64,000 bases of DNA from the human T2T-CHM13v2.0 reference genome, Homo sapiens. The stretch lies in the NCBI RefSeq assembly GCF_009914755.1, contig NC_060926.1. One strand, 5' to 3'. Below the pieces are notes generated by a model, which did not search any database, was not told where the DNA came from, and was given only the letters and a program-made list of their open reading frames with translations. Position 1 is the first letter of the stretch. Each line of letters begins with the position of its first letter. The translations under genes were made by a program, and so were the position numbers. Of this stretch, positions 42,003 through 58,384 are shown piece after piece.

Positions 42003-45000
42003 AAAGAAGATTGAGAGATGAGATGGGAAGAGATGAGTTTGAAGAGGTTGTCCAGAGCCGAGTAGATTATTCAGGCGCTCGTTCAGTTGCAGAAGGCTTG
42101 GTGAGCATGCAGCCTCCTTGTGGGTTTGGACTTCATCTTGAAAAACCATAGACAACATTTGAAGGGTTTTAAACCTGGAAATGACATAATGAAGTGTGCA
42201 TTTAAAACTTCTCCCTTTTGCTATGGTCTGAGGAATAAATAGGAGGAAGGCTAGAGAGGTTGGTCCCAAAGTCTTAAGAATGTTGCTTTATTGATCAGGG
42301 CTGAGTGATGCTGTTCACGTCCACTCCACACTTTTATTCCAGTTCTTTCCTTGTTTATTCATCTTCACACTTTTCTTGCATGTGTTTTGCAGTTTTCTGT
42401 GTCTGTAATTTCCATGTTAATCAGCCAGCTTAATGCTTGCAGGAATGTGCCTGCAGCGAGTTATTCATTTCTTTTTCTCTTATCCTTTCTCTCCCAGAGT
42501 CCCTCCTGTTCTCAAAAGATCCAGTTAATGTCATCATGAGTGGTCATTAGTAGCCATTCTTTTAGTATTCCTTTGTTTAACCAACTGAATAGAATGTTTT
42601 AACAAAGTGTTAACCTCCAGTACTCCGGGGTCAAGGAGCCCAGAGGATACCTTTGGGAGATGCTGAGGGCCACATCGTAGATGGAGGTCAGGGAGAGTGG
42701 GCCTGGGAGTTGACCTCTGCCCCTTTCACCTGCGTCAAAACAAGGCTCTCTCTGCTTTATGAAAAATGAGCTTCTGAATAAGAGTTTGCCTGAAAATTAA
42801 CCCACTGACATTACAGGCTTAAGAATGCTGCTCTGCAGAACAAATACTTCCAGATCAGCAACATGGCATTTCATCAACCTGTTCATTCAAGACCCTCTTA
42901 GGCTCTGTCTAAGCCCTTATGTTGGGACGACTGCAGCAGCAGCCCTGATGCCCTCTTCCCAACTGCAGCCCTTCCCTACAGATCTCAACACCTGACCGCC
43001 TACACATTTGCTTCACACCAGGTCTAAGCTTCCGTTCCTGGTTTCTAAGTCCTCTGTAATTTCCTCCTTAAACAACCAGCACACTGTGATTTCACCAACC
43101 TTAGCTCCCCTCTAACAAGGCAAAGCTCTCTTTTCTCTCTCTTACTAGCCAGACTCTTCAATTCATCTTAATTTTCCTCACCCTCTCTCTTTCTGCTAGC
43201 CAAAATGTTTGTTCCTAACTTCAAAGCTTATTTTCTACCTCTCATTTAGCTCATTTTCTACCTCTTCCAGGAAAATGACCATCATTATGCCTCCTTTCCC
43301 CAGGATGATTAAACATGATACACCTGTGCATCAGACACAGCCCTCAGCCATTGATTCAACATAGTCTTATGACATCTTCTGTTGCCATCTTCTCAGCTAG
43401 ATTATAAACTCTGAAGGCAAGGGCCACACTTCATGGAGAATTAAGCCAGGAGAACATGTTTAAGCAAGACAGTGTCTTTTCATGAAAATATCAGGCAATT
43501 TTAATGTGCCCCTGTGGATTCTTCTTCATTTGCTGTGTTATAGATGGAATGAAATGTGTCTTCTTCCTTCTAGAGGACACTGGGAGATGAACTATTCTCT
43601 GCCTTCAAAGAAGTAAGGCCATACTCTTGGTGACAGAGGATTGGAACTCTAGGTTCAATGAGCATCAGGATCTGTTGTGAAAGTGAGGGAGAACAGAAGG
43701 CTTGGTGGGGGCGGCATAGACCTGGCGATGAGAATCAAGAGTGGCAGGAGAAGGTGAGGGCAGGCAGTGAAAATAATGCCTGCAGAAGCCCCAGAGCCTC
43801 AGCTGTCCTGGAGAAAGTTATCCCAGAAGAAAGAACTCTGATTTTTGTGAAAGAGCTGTTGATTTGGGCTGTATGTCTTGAGTGTGCAGGAGCCTATGGA
43901 AGAGGAGGTCCTGCCTTCCGACGGCACAGGACTTATCTGGGCTAGAACCTGCCAGTGCCAGTCCACAGGGCTCATCCCCAGAGGCCCTGCTGCAGGCCGT
44001 GGAGGAAACTTTACTGAGATAGGTACCATATGCACTGCTCAGACAAAGTAGCGCCCAACTGCCACAGCCTTTGCTCTGTTCCCATTCAGTCGCCCATGAG
44101 AGCATCTACAATCCCTAAAACAACTGTGGGTGCAACGATGAGATGTGGACACTTCATAGGGTATCTAATGGTAGGAAAGTTCTTGCAAATAAGCTTGGGA
44201 TGGCAAAACTGAAAACGAACAAGAGCCTTGCGCTGGAATAGTGACATCTCTCTTACATTTTAAGTTGGTTACTTTAAGGAAGGGTGGTAACACTAAGATG
44301 TCAATTCTTGCCTTCTTTAGACCATATAATCTGTAACCAATGATGCCTTCTACCTGGAGGCTCAGTCACACCTTAATCCCTGGGGGTTAATACCAGCCCT
44401 GAACCCCCAGGTCCCTCCACTGAATCCTCAATCCTCTACCTAGAACTTGCCAAGCCTTTCCCCAGGGGCTTGGGATCTACTTGCCTGCCCTTATTGCACA
44501 GAATTTATGGCCTGCCTACTGTTAGCCAGGTTCCGTGCAAGGTGCTGAGGATATTCCAGGTTCCACTTGTCCCTTGGATCCCCTTTGCTGGGTCTACATT
44601 CATGATATGGTTTCCCTTGATGAATACCAATGACTACTGTGACCGTATCACACCCTTTGGGCTCAGTGGACTGGATTTGAATATACCTCTTTGAGATCAT
44701 CCCTACAACTGGCTCGTATTTATAATCTACTATCCTGCCTTCTTTTTCTCATGCCCACTAGCCAATGTTTCTGATATCCCGGAACGAAGTCATAACATTC
44801 TAGTAATTAGCAGAGAAGAATCTTATTGGCCTTTTCTTGAAGCACAGTTGGCTAATTTCAGATCAAAAGGGACAGTATGGTTCATTTTCAGAGCATGTGG
44901 CTCTAAGCCATTAAATGCACCTGTGTTGAAAAATGGCTGTCCTGACTGTAAAATTCAGTAATTACTTTACTGAAGCAATTGTGTGTCTTCCTTTGTGAGA

Positions 45001-46851
45001 ATCGGTAGCAGTTGGGGGAAATTTCACTGTGGCTGGTGGAAATTGAAGCTGAGAAAAAGGCAGGGAGCATGTGTGTCAACAGCTGGGAGGTGCCACATCA
45101 CCTGTACATGGGGCAGGTGGGAGCGACAGGAGCCCAAGCATCATCTTCACCACTTTCCCAGTGCAATAAGCATCTGGGGAAGGGAACTCCCAGGGAACAG
45201 ACAGATGCAAGGGAAAAGGCCAGGTGTGATTCGTTCATCAGACATTGCTAGGCACAGTCTCTGTCATTGCAGAGAGGGCCTGGTCAGTGAGTCCCGCCAA
45301 CCCATCTGTTCTGCTTGTTGTGGCCTGCACTTTCTTGGGCATTGCATGAGAATGAGAATGTCTGTGAAACATACAGCCTCTGCCTCAATGTCTTACAACA
45401 GAGAACCACTATGTGAACCACGAAAGAAGGGTTGTGCATTGAGAGACAGAGGTGAGGTTTGTTCTAACATTTGAAAACGGAATACTACCTTTCTTATCAG
45501 CTCTACAAATACAACTGCAGAATGTCTCCATAGCATGACATTTCCTTCTCTCAGAACCTCAACTCACTCACCTTGATTCTGAACTCAAGATATCAACCAA
45601 TTTGAAGATTCCTTTTCCTTCTGATATCCTGCTTAACAAGTTTTGAGCCGGGCACACCAGTAATCGAAAACCATGTTCACTTTCCCTAATGAAAAAATCA
45701 TTTGCGAATTGTCTATGTAGTTTTTCTCACTGTAGTAAGTCAATACAACTCAATTATTATTAAAGCTTCTTTGTCTGAGAAGGGGACTTTTCATAATTTG
45801 GAGGACCTAACAAAATTCAGCTGTGACTTCCCCTAACGATGGCATAGACCAGGGCTCTGGGTCAGATCACTTCTCTTAGTGTCTTTTGAGGCCTCTTGCA
45901 TCTCTTCCACTGGAGGCTGCTGGCCCAGAGGGGTGAGTCCCATGCTGGGCCTCTGCTCTGATTTGACTGAGGTCACTAAGTACTAAGCTTTATTGTCTCT
46001 TGAGAAAACTAGATATCACCTGTGGAAGTCTATGCTCTGATTGGGATTGTTTTCTTAAAAATTTTTGGTGAAATTGCGTTTATCTGGCCTGACTTTTTCT
46101 TGCTCTATATCATCAAGAACATTGTCTAAAAGAGCACTAGTTAGTAGAGAAAATTCTCACAAATCCATTAACAAAACTGACTCTGAGGACTGAAGAGTTT
46201 GTGGTCTTGTAGTGCCACTGTCCCTCATTGGGCAAACTTTGCCTTGGGTCACCATCTCAACACCTCAGTGTCTACTTTCCTCCATTTTGTCTTTGTATTT
46301 CTGAGAGTTAATTTAAAAGATGAAATCTCCAAAACTGCCTCTTCTGGAAAAAGCAGATTGTCAGTTCTGAGGAGAGAAATGGCCACTTAGAATTAGCTGG
46401 TATGAAGCAGAAAGTTCAAAATGACACCTTCAGCCAGCTGCCAGCAATGCTCACTGGATGACATCTCCCTAGTTCTTACCCTGGCTGGCTGGACGCCTGC
46501 TTCCAGTCTTGAATTTGTATGTCCCTAATGCTTGTGCATGCCACAATTATCATTTCACCAAGGATAACTTGAAGAACCTTCAATATGGCTAAATTGTCCT
46601 TCTTAGAAGTGCCTCAGAGCTAAAAGTCTTAACAACTAGTAATATTTAATAATCTGTCTGTATCAGTTGGTATGAAAAATTATTTTTAAAAAATTCAGAT
46701 TAAAAAAATCACTTCATTAAAATGTGTTCTGAGGAAGAATTTAGCACTTAATTTCCTTTAAATGCACAAGTGTAATTATCTTCAAGTATCAAGAACCAAA
46801 ATCACCGTCTTCTTGTAGATACGCCCGTGCTTAACTTTTAAAAATCAATTC

Positions 46852-47153
46852 TGCTGGGCACTGTGGCTCGCGCCTGTTATCCCAGCACTTTGGGAGGCCA
46901 AGGTGGATGCATCACTTGAGGTCAGGAATTTGAGACCAGCCTGGCCAAGATGGTGAAACCTCATCTTTACTAAAAATACAAAAATTAGCCGGGTGTGGTG
47001 GCGGGTGCCTGTAATTCCAGATACTCAGGAGGCTGAGGCAGGAGAATCAGTTGAACCTGGAAGGCGGAGGTTGCAGTGAGCCAAGATCACACCACTGCTC
47101 TCCAGCCTTGACAACAGAGTGAGACTCTGTCTCAAAAAAAAAAGAAAAAAAAA
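46852..47153 (+). mobile_element. AluS (Sx/Sz-like)
   Basis: Full dimer; TSD-like aaaaatcaattct / aaaaatcagtcct. Confidence 0.92.
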
Positions 47154-47915
47154 ATCAGTCCTACCACTGAGTCTGCCCCTCTTCTACAGAGCGAATGAAT
47201 GCCCCAATAGTAATAGGTACCTCTGATAGCTTCAGACATTCCCTGCTTCCTAGTCAATAATTGCTACCTGGGATCCTCTGATAGAGAAAATGATTTTTCC
47301 TTTTATGATACCCACCATCCACCTTAATTGGGGGAGCTTGGTTAGTAAATAGAATTGCTGTGTTAAATGCTTCTTGTAAGATCTCTTCCTTGAAATTCCT
47401 GAATTTCTCTCTATTTATATTATATTGTTGAATTCATTCTGTAATGCTTTGTTATACTGATAAAATTAATGCCCCATTCAGAGAAGTAGTATTTCCTAAA
47501 GATATGTAGTCACTGAGCGGCTCAAAACCAATCACTACCAATAATTTTTTAATGTGGTTGGGGAGATTAAAAAATAAGTGTTTTTTGCATTTTCCTAACA
47601 AATTATTTGGAGCCTATGCTCACAGAAACCTGTTAAATATCTTAATAGGAATTTGAAAAGGATGGCAGATATGAACAGCCAATTTTGCAAGCTAAGCTCT
47701 TCAATACTCACCCTCACTCCTACCCAGGTCTAGCTTTCATTAATATTTTCTTCTGTTTTGCACGAATGATCTGCCCAGGATCTTGGTATTTTAATTCAAC
47801 TGCATAGAAATCAACCCAAAACAGCCTTGCTCTTGATGCAGTGGCCAAGTCCCGCCTGTCATGCCTGAAGCCTATGGGACCTACTATCAAATTTCCAGAG
47901 GCTTCTCCTGATGTA

Positions 47916-48445
47916 GTTTTTTGTTTGTTTGTTTGCTTTTTTTTTTTTTTTTTTTTTTGTCGTTTGCTTTTTAAAACATTTTTCTTTTTTTTAAAAATTT
48001 TATTTCAATAGGTTTTGGGGGAACAGGTAGTTACATGGATAATTTCTAGTGGTGATATTTGTACTTTTGGTGCACCCATCACCTGAGCAGTGTACACTGT
48101 ACCCAACATGTAGTGTTTTATCATCACCCTCTCCCATGCTTCCCAGCAGTCCCCAAAGTCCATTGCATCATTCTTATGCCTTTGCATCCTCATAGTTTAG
48201 CTCCCACTTATAAGTGAGAAGATAACAATGTTTGGTTTTCCATTCCTGAGTTACTTCATTTAGAATAATGTTCTCCAACTCCATCTAGGTTGCTGCAAAC
48301 TGTTTTTATGGTTGAGTAGTATTCCATGGTGTGAATATATACCACATTTTCTCTATCTACTCATTGACTGGACATTTGGCATGGTTCTATATTTTCGTGA
48401 TTGCAAACTGTGCTGCTATCAACTTGCATGTGCAAGTATCTTTTT
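47916..48445 (-). mobile_element. L1PB1-like 3' end with T-rich tail
   Basis: tttcaataggttttgggggaacaggt...ggtgcacccatcacctgagcagtgtacactgtaccc. Confidence 0.8.
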
Positions 48446-48765
48446 CTTTTATATATATATATTTATTATACTTTAAGTTCTAGGGTACCTTTGCACAACA
48501 TGCAGGTTTGTTACATATGTATACATGTGCCATGCTGGTGTGCTGCACCCATTAACTCATCATTTACATTAGGTATATCTCCTAATGCTATCCCTCCCCC
48601 CTCCCCCCACCCCACAACAGGCCCCGGTGTGTGATGTTCCCCTTCCTGTGTCCAAGCATTCTCATTGTTCAATTCCCACCTATGAGTGAGAACATGCGGT
48701 GTTTGGTTTTTTGTCCTTGTGATAGTTTGCTGAGAATGATGGTTTCCAGCTTCACCCATGTCCCT
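48441..48765 (-). mobile_element. Short L1PA (L1PA4-like) 3' end
   Basis: ttattatactttaagttctagggtac...catttacattaggtatatctcctaatgctatccctcccc. Confidence 0.88.
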
Positions 48766-48799
48766 TGCGTCTTCCTTTGGCCCTATGATTCTGTGTACA

Positions 48800-50400
48800 G
48801 TAGAATCTTTATTACTTACTGAAAACAAGTAAATTTTTGAGCTGGCTCATATTCTGTGAACTTTTGTTATTTTTTTCCTCTTAAAATTAGTTCCCTTTTA
48901 ATCTGTAATCTTGTTTTGAGGAATTTTTTTTTCTAGTATTAGTAGGTACTCTTAACATTTTTAACACATGTACTTGATGTTTTCTAATAAAATTTAGAGC
49001 CAACAAATCTCTTTTTCATTTTTATATACAGTGTTAATATCTTTGCATGTTTTAACTTCCCTCCCAATTCTATCTCCCATCCTCTATAATATTGTTGCCT
49101 AGAATTTTAGTTATATCTTATTTAAATAAGAAATAAACTTATAGTATTTACTATAAACTCTTTGGCTTCTTGGTTTTTTTTCTCTACTTTATGGAAAACA
49201 TATGTTAATAGTTCTTGTTTTTCATAAAGATTTGCAGATTATGAATACTTCCAGTATGTGTGTGTTTAAAAATGCTACTGTTCTAATCTTTACCTGAAAT
49301 AAGAGGTAAGCTGGATATAAAATCCTAAGTTGAAAATTGTTTCCCTTCTGTACTTTAAGTATAATAGTAAAGATTTCTGACATCTGTAGTTACTGATCAG
49401 AAGTCTTCTTTCCTTATTACATTGATCATTTGCAAATAATTGATCTAATCTTGTCTGGTAGTTTTAATATGACTTTTTCTTAATAAGACATATAGTTTCA
49501 TAATATAGTGACTATGTATAGATTTGTTTTTCATGATTCTGTGAAATATTATTTTTTAATCTGAAGACTAACATATTTTTTAATATGAGAAAGTTTTTTA
49601 TATTTTAATGTGGTTTTACCAATATTATTTTATATAATATATTATTTATTCTTTCTTTTGAATAATTATACTTAAGTTCCTATTAGATTTTTTCTATTGT
49701 AACTTATTATTTCAATATAAATTGTATTATTTATTATGTCTTCTAACTGTCTCTTCTTGGAAGTGTGATTCCTTCTTCATCTCTTATTTATAAACACATT
49801 TTCAGCGGGGACAATTCTCCATGGGTGTTTTTCTCTGCAAGTGCTCTGCCTTTTGAAGGCATACTTACAGGGTGGTTTCACATCAGTTTTTTATCAGCTT
49901 AACAATGATTTCTGAACTTTAATTTGCATATATTATAACATGGGTTTCAACATTTTTGAAGCTCTCTCTGATTCTATCCATGACCTAAGACCAACTGCTT
50001 ACTTCTGGGGATGCCCTTGAGCTCCAGGCAGAATTGTTCTAGTTCCAGCTTATGACTGGTCCTTGGCTATATGCAGGGTGTCCATCTCTACTTCTGATGA
50101 TTTCTATAGCTTTCATCTATATTTCAGTTCTGACATTAAATTTTATTTCATAAAACGTACACCTGGACTTGCCCATGGGCTGCATGGCTTCACATCTCAC
50201 CCATTAACATGGCAATGGATTTCATCTTTAGTTCTGGTGTCCGAAGATTTTTCTTTCCTGTTTTTGGCTTTAATATTTAGAGAAGGCCACCTATAACTTC
50301 TGTGTTTTGGGAATGAGTGAAGGTACTGGGTGGGGTTTCTTATCTTCTCAGTTCATGATCCTGTCTGGAAGTCTACAATGGTGCCTTTATCTGCTTCAAA
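48800..50400 (-). mobile_element. Very old L1M/L1ME fragments
   Basis: T-rich, with gctggatataaaatcctaagttgaaaattgtttccc motif; approximate. Confidence 0.5.
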
Positions 50401-50464
50401 TGTTTTTAATAGGTTGTCTTATTCTATTTTAGCTGTTATAACAAAATTACAAAGTGGTGTGAGA

Positions 50465-51037
50465 CTGAAATTGTGAATACTGAACCATTGCTCTTGGGGA
50501 AAAACAGGATTAGGCACCTGTGAGCCTCCAGTCATGTGATCATCAACCAACCAATACACAACCTTGTTTTATGTATAGTTCTGTTTAAAGACACCTTATT
50601 TATGACATATTGTTGATTAATTGAAATTGAATTCACAACCAATTGCATGATAACTTGGCCTGAATTAAGCTTATCTAAAACCGACATATTTTTTCCATAA
50701 GGCACATCATAGTCTTCTTGCACGTAGGTACACAAGACAGATCTTCAGAACTATGCGTAGAGGTCATTTTAAACAGCAAAATCACCAGCAAAAGATGTAG
50801 CATACATAGACCTTAAAAGGGACACTTATTTAGAGTCTGAGAGCTGAAACAAGAAGGCAGAGTGTTGCCTTGTTCAGTCTCAGCTGGGAACTTGTGCTTT
50901 GGATGATTCAAATATTTTGCTTCTCTGCCCACATTGTAAATGACTACAAAAGTGCCAATAGCATTGATTTGGGGGTTAAAATAAATTTTAGGAGAGAACT
51001 CGCAAATACAGAATCCATGTATAATGAGGATTGACCG
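50465..51037 (-). mobile_element. MER82-like Tigger-family DNA transposon
   Basis: cgcaaatacagaatccatgtataatgaggattgaccg terminus; gagctgaaacaagaaggcagag. Confidence 0.65.
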
Positions 51038-51305
51038 TACTTAAAAGTTATATGTTACAGCAGCATAGACAGAAATTAGACTGGAAATCACCACATGGGT
51101 CTTCGCCATGATTCTTTTCCTAAATTGTTGAGTGGCCTGGGATTAGTTACAATTCTCCTGTGCCTCTCCTTCCTTAATTGTTAAAAAAAAAAGGCATTGC
51201 TAGTGAGATTTTTATTCATGGAGAATTGTAATGCTTGTACTTTCACCAACAGACAAAAATGTAATTGAAGTGCAGCCTTAGAAAAAGGGGTTACATAATA
51301 ATATA

Positions 51306-52925
<1,620 letters not shown>

Positions 52926-53359
52926 TATTTGTGGAAAGTTTTTCCTCAGGAGATGGTACTTTTGATTATGGTCAGGTAATCGCTAAGTTTTAAAGGCAAA
53001 CATCACTAAATGTTTTGATGTCCTTTTGCCCAGAAAAAGTATAGCTTGACTGGGTGGGTTTTCTAAATAGCATTCCTAAGATGATGGATTAGTAATATTC
53101 TCTCCACTAGAAACAAATGAAATTTGAGTAGACATGAGAATAACTACCACATCCTACATTATATGAACCCCAAATTTATTGCATCAGTGACATATACGTC
53201 AGCTGTCTTTGGCAACAAAATTGAGACTTTTAGGAGAGTTTTGTTATTGTTGTTTTAAAGTTTATGTCAAACATCTAGAACCATGTCTGCTTTTGTAGGA
53301 GTATGCATGGATGTTCTAACACCCAGGTTTTACAGAACTGAGGCAGCATGAGGAATCTT

Positions 53360-53550
53360 ATATTCATCCCATGTCATTGCCCAACATTCTCTAGGACCTT
53401 GCTGTGCAGCAGCAGAGGCACCATCTGGGATCTTGTTACAAACACTTTTCTAGGCCCTGCCTCAGCACTACTGAATCAGGATATGCAGTTTATGAAGATT
53501 CCTAGTGATTTATATGGGCTTTAAAAGTTGAAAAGCCTGCTCTGGGAGCT
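53360..53550. mobile_element. MER5-like hAT remnant
   Basis: gcagcag..catctggga...actactgaatcag...gattcctagtgattt..aaagttgaaaagc. Confidence 0.55.
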
Positions 53551-54099
53551 CCATGCCTATTCCCCAAATTGCTCCAATGCACAAATTAATTCTCCCTCCT
53601 CCAAATATCAAAAAGGCATTAGAAGAGTTAAATGACAACATAAATATTTTTTTCAAAATAAAGTATGGGTTATCACTAGAATTAACACTGTGAAAGATTC
53701 CTTACATTTCAGAAAATGAGCTATCTTAATTCAATCTAATCTCCAGCATGTGAACTAAAGCAAGGGAATCCCAGCAGCATCAATTACAGCTCAGGAAGAT
53801 ATAAGAAACTACTCTTTATCTAAGGTGTTAGGAGGTGTAGGTTATCTGCAACCTTTTAAAATATTCACCCTTTAAAATATTCACTCAGGCTCAAAGGGAG
53901 ACCAGGAGTTCTGCTGTATTCAGAACACTTAAGTTATAAACAGATCAGAGTTTGTAGGGCCTTCTTAGCTCCTTAAACAGCTAGGTCCATAAAACCTATC
54001 ATATCTCTTTGGTTCCCTCTGTTTTAGGAAGAGAAGCAGGTCACTGAAGTCTTGTGTACAGTAGGGAGGCTAGACCCAGGGCATACTTACCATAAATAA

Positions 54100-54330
54100 T
54101 AATAACAATGGTTAATAAAATGTTCATTGATGCCATTCACTTTTTCTAAGCATTTCTGAAGTATCATCTTACATAAAGACTAAAACAATCTTATGTGGTA
54201 GTTACTATTATTATCATTTTCATTTGTAGCTGGAGATAATGAGACATTGAAAGATAATGTGAATTGTCCAAAGTCTCACAGGTAAGCAATGAATGTTTGA
54301 AGGCAGATTATAGGAACTCAACCATTGCAC
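54100..54330 (-). mobile_element. MIR
   Basis: ctattattatcatttt...gaattgtccaaagtctcacag. Confidence 0.55.
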
Positions 54331-56838
54331 TATTCTACCTTTTAAGATTGGAAGTGGAAGGCAGTTACATTCAAACAAAGACAGTGCCCAGAGTAAGCAA
54401 GAGAAAGACAGCTGGACCACATATAATCAGATACTGTTATCCTACTAATATAATTCAACAGAGAAATAGGCCCACCAAAAGTCAGACCATACTTTTCTCA
54501 TTAGCTGGACATCGAAGATCCTCAGCTTCCCTATGAACGAGACTTATACTGGATGGAGAAAGAGACGTAGGTTCCCTTTCAAGCTATTTTCCAAGAAGGT
54601 GAGGTATCTTCCTTCATAGAAATGTGAGGGTGAGAATATAAGGTATTCCTAACACATGCATCTTCCAATTTTCCAATATTATCACACATGGCAGAAGAAG
54701 ACATTACTGCTTTGTAATTTTTATGGGATAATAAAAAGATTATAGAATCTGGGGGCAGAATTCACTGATAAGCTATGAATAATAATAGTACCAATTGAAT
54801 AAGATTCCAGTAAAAAGAACTTAGAACACTATATGGCACCCAACATATTTATTGTCATCATAATCAACTTCATCAAACTAAGGATGAAAGGGCATGTTGA
54901 TTGTAAATCCACTTTGTACGTCAGAAAATCCCATGCTAATGGCACTGTTACCAACAAATTTGGTCCCATGTTGAACGATGGCATTTCTCTTCCCAGATCC
55001 GGTCATTGAAAACCTGTTAGATTGTGGAAATTGCTCAAATCACATTATATGTGGTTCAGAGTAAGTAACCTGATCCAATGAAACCACTAGGACACATAAA
55101 CAGCTCCTCTCTTATCACTGTTTGAAAGAGCAAAATATCAATCTTAATTTACTTAAAAAAAACCTATCTCTGTTAGAAACTCACGAATCTGATTCCCCCT
55201 ATGAATTCAAAATCTGTTGTTAAATTTGCTGGAAAGATTTTCATAATGGGTCCAATGACGGTTATCACTTGGAGTTTTGCCATATTAGAACTAACTCAGG
55301 TTTAGTGATCAAGAGAATTTTGCCTTTGTGTTTGTTTTGTTAATCAGTTGGATAAATTTGGCCCATTCTCTTCACCTCCTGGGCTTCAGTTTCCTCATCT
55401 GTAAATCAAGGGGATTGGAAGAAAATAACTACAGAGTTGCAGCCAGTTCCATTATTAGAAAATTCTATAATTCTGTGAAACCTGTTCACAGTCTCTAACC
55501 TCCAATCAAATCACAGTGTATTCCAATGCCATAGTAACCCAGGTGCATTCACCACAATTTAATCAGAGAGTGCACAATGCCCAGCCAACAAAGCTGGCTA
55601 TCAACCCAACAGGTGGTTTTTAAAAAGACAGATTCTGCATTCTGCATTTAAAGCTACCGTTACATTAGAAAGAAAAAAATATTTAAAGAGCCAACCTCTC
55701 TATAGAGCTAATTAAGTCAGAATGCAAGAATGAAACATCATTATCCTTATGGAAAAACATATACAGTATCCCAAGTCGATCTGAGGCTTTAGGGTTAGGA
55801 ACAAAAAAGAACACTTACAGTAAGATTAAAGCCATTTGGGCAAGAGACAACATGCCCCTGATTCTCTCCCAATTCCTTACCTGACATTGAAATGCTGATT
55901 AAAGAATTGCTGCTATTGCTCCTACAGCAGGAGAAACTGTAATGTTTTGCTTGAGCCTGCTACCTTGATTAATGTATAGGGCTCATCACTGAAGCAAAAA
56001 CATATATTATGCTTTGCTTGATTCTAAATATATGTACTTTTAATCTCTGTATTCAGTCGATGTATTAGCTTGCCAGGGAAGGAAATCAAATTACATACTG
56101 TACACATAAACCTCAAAAAGTACTGATTACTGATTAGACAAAGAAAAAAAAGTAAGATAGAATTGCAAAACACACCATGAAAAGGCACAGATCTGAATTG
56201 TTAAGAACTTATTACCATATTGCTTCTCTCAGGGAAACAAAATGCATCAATATATATTTTAATTAAGTGTGAAGTATTTAAGCAAATTCCACAAAGTCTT
56301 AGTCAGCACCTTTAAAAAATCGTTTATTTTATGTTTGTAGAAACCAAGTGCAAAATGACTTATTTGCCTGGAAATTTATGATTTGTGAGGCTGTATAAAT
56401 CAACTATTTGGGGGAAATTGCTTCAAGTGGCAACGTATTTGTATTTGATGTGAAGAGTTAGGGTTTGGGGAGAAATTCATTTGCTTTATAAGAAACTGAA
56501 ATGCTTGTTGACAAATAAAATATAAACATATGATCTGAAGCTCCATTTTTGGAATGGACCATTTGATGAGTTTCAACATTGTTTGAGATGTATTAAGGAG
56601 AATGTGCATATCATGTTACTTTAAATGCAACATAAATGGCTATAGTAACAAAAATTATAGCAGTCTTGCTAATTGAATAGTTTTCCTTGATATTATATTT
56701 TATTGGTGATTAAACACAACTATTCTGTAAACCTGAAGTATGCTCCTGATTAACTGCTGATTCAAACTGAAGCAAGTAAAGTCTAGTGACCTCTTTGTCT
56801 TTTGAAATAAAGTATAGAAAATATTATCGGTTTGAGAG

Positions 56839-57403
56839 TGAAGTATCCCAGAAAATTTCACTCCAAAAAAAGGCATCCTGGCTTGATAAGTGTTTTGAGT
56901 TAAAGGTCTTTGGAGACAACCAGGTGCTAGAAGAGACTTTTTCCTTATCTGCATACAGACTGGACACATCAAGGAGAAAAATTGGTTTCCACCTTGCCCT
57001 GAAATCTAATTTACTGAGGCAGAAAAGAAGACTGAGGAATGCAGCTATGCCTGGGTGACCTTTTCATAAGACAATTTCAATCTCCAGGATGCATTCAACT
57101 TCCAAAGACATTCATTTACAGGCTAATTTCTGTCTCCCAGGTCCATTCATTCTCCCTAATAATCACTCTTTGCTCCTCAAAAGAATTACCTACATTCCCC
57201 CTCTCCCTCCTCCTTCATGAAGAAAGCTACATAAGCATCTGGACCCCATGGAGTTACTGAGTCGTCAGTCTCCTAGGATTCCACCATGCTAGGCATGTTA
57301 AAATAAATTTTGTATCACTTTTCTTCTATTAATCTGCCTTTTGTCAGCTGATTTTCAGAGAATCTTCAGTGGGCAAAGAGGAAGTTTTCTTTTGGCCTGT
57401 ACA
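56839..57403 (+). mobile_element. MER34/MER39-family ERV1 LTR
   Basis: End aataaa...aatctgccttttgtcagctgattttcagagaatcttcagtgggcaaagaggaagttttcttttggcctgtaca. Confidence 0.7.
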
Positions 57404-57873
57404 AGGAACTCATCTTATCAAAGAGATGTGCCTCCTAAAAAGAAAAATGCATTACTACATATGTGAGTAGTTCAAAAGATGAAAGATTAAACATGTTGAA
57501 TATTTGGAAGAATTACGTGAGTCTGAGCGAATTTGCATCATTTTACTAATCTGAAAGTTTGCTATTGTAGAATCACAAGTGAACATGTGATGTCACACTT
57601 TTCATGATTGCTGTGTATACAACAAGAGCACTTTAGGCTCAGGGCATTGTACAGAGCCTTAGAATTGAGAGATTGTGGACTCAGAGGAGATAAAGTCCTT
57701 AACTGAGAATGCTTATTTGCTGAACAGATGCATTGAGCTACTTACAGAACATATGCGGGGTGAAGATGGGGGCAGAGGCCAAGAAAAGTGTCTTAGTGCA
57801 CAAAGTTGTGAAAGTAAGTAATTCAAATTAATGCTATTGAAACTTTAAATTATTTTGAGCTTCAAAAGAAATG

Positions 57874-58384
57874 TGTTGGTGGGTCCTCAGTCATGTAGTC
57901 ATGTAACAGGCAGCTGCAACCTTTGTTTCTCTGCTTATAGCTTAACTTTTTCCCTACTGATATTGTTTAGTAAAATGTTGTAAAAGACTGAATAGTGCCA
58001 GAGATAGGATCCCTTCCCTATGAATTGTTGACACTCTTTATAGATTAACTTTCTTCTTTCTTGTCTTGTACCAACTAGACCAGATAGACCAAAAGACTCT
58101 AAGATTATCAAATTGCTTCAGATAAAATGTTAATTACGCACTTCCTGAAAAGGAACAAGTGGTGACCAACCAAATTGCTGTAACTCATAAAACAGCCTTG
58201 TATGGAAAATATAATTCTGCTAAACTTCTTTGTTTCTCCCTAAGTAAAACCTTAACTTTTTCACTTTGGAGCACTGACTCCATTTCTTTGGAGTCTGTGT
58301 TCCTCAGACAGCTGTCCTTTAATTTTGTGCTTGAATAATTCTTTTAAGCTGGATTCTGATCCTGTCAATTATTTCAGATTGACA
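57874..58384 (+). mobile_element. ERV1 LTR (MER67-like)
   Basis: tgttgg...gtaacaggcagctgcaacctttgtttctctg...gattctgatcc...attatttcagattgaca. Confidence 0.6.

Noticed and set aside
44983-45474. 163-aa ORF, and similar 100-150-aa ORFs such as 4803..5264
   Set aside because: No domain similarity or coding-like composition; lengths are expected by chance, and many start at non-ATG codons.
54848-55016. Possible minus-strand terminal exon ending near AATAAA
   Set aside because: Weak pyrimidine tract, no recognisable peptide, and such motifs are common by chance in AT-rich DNA.
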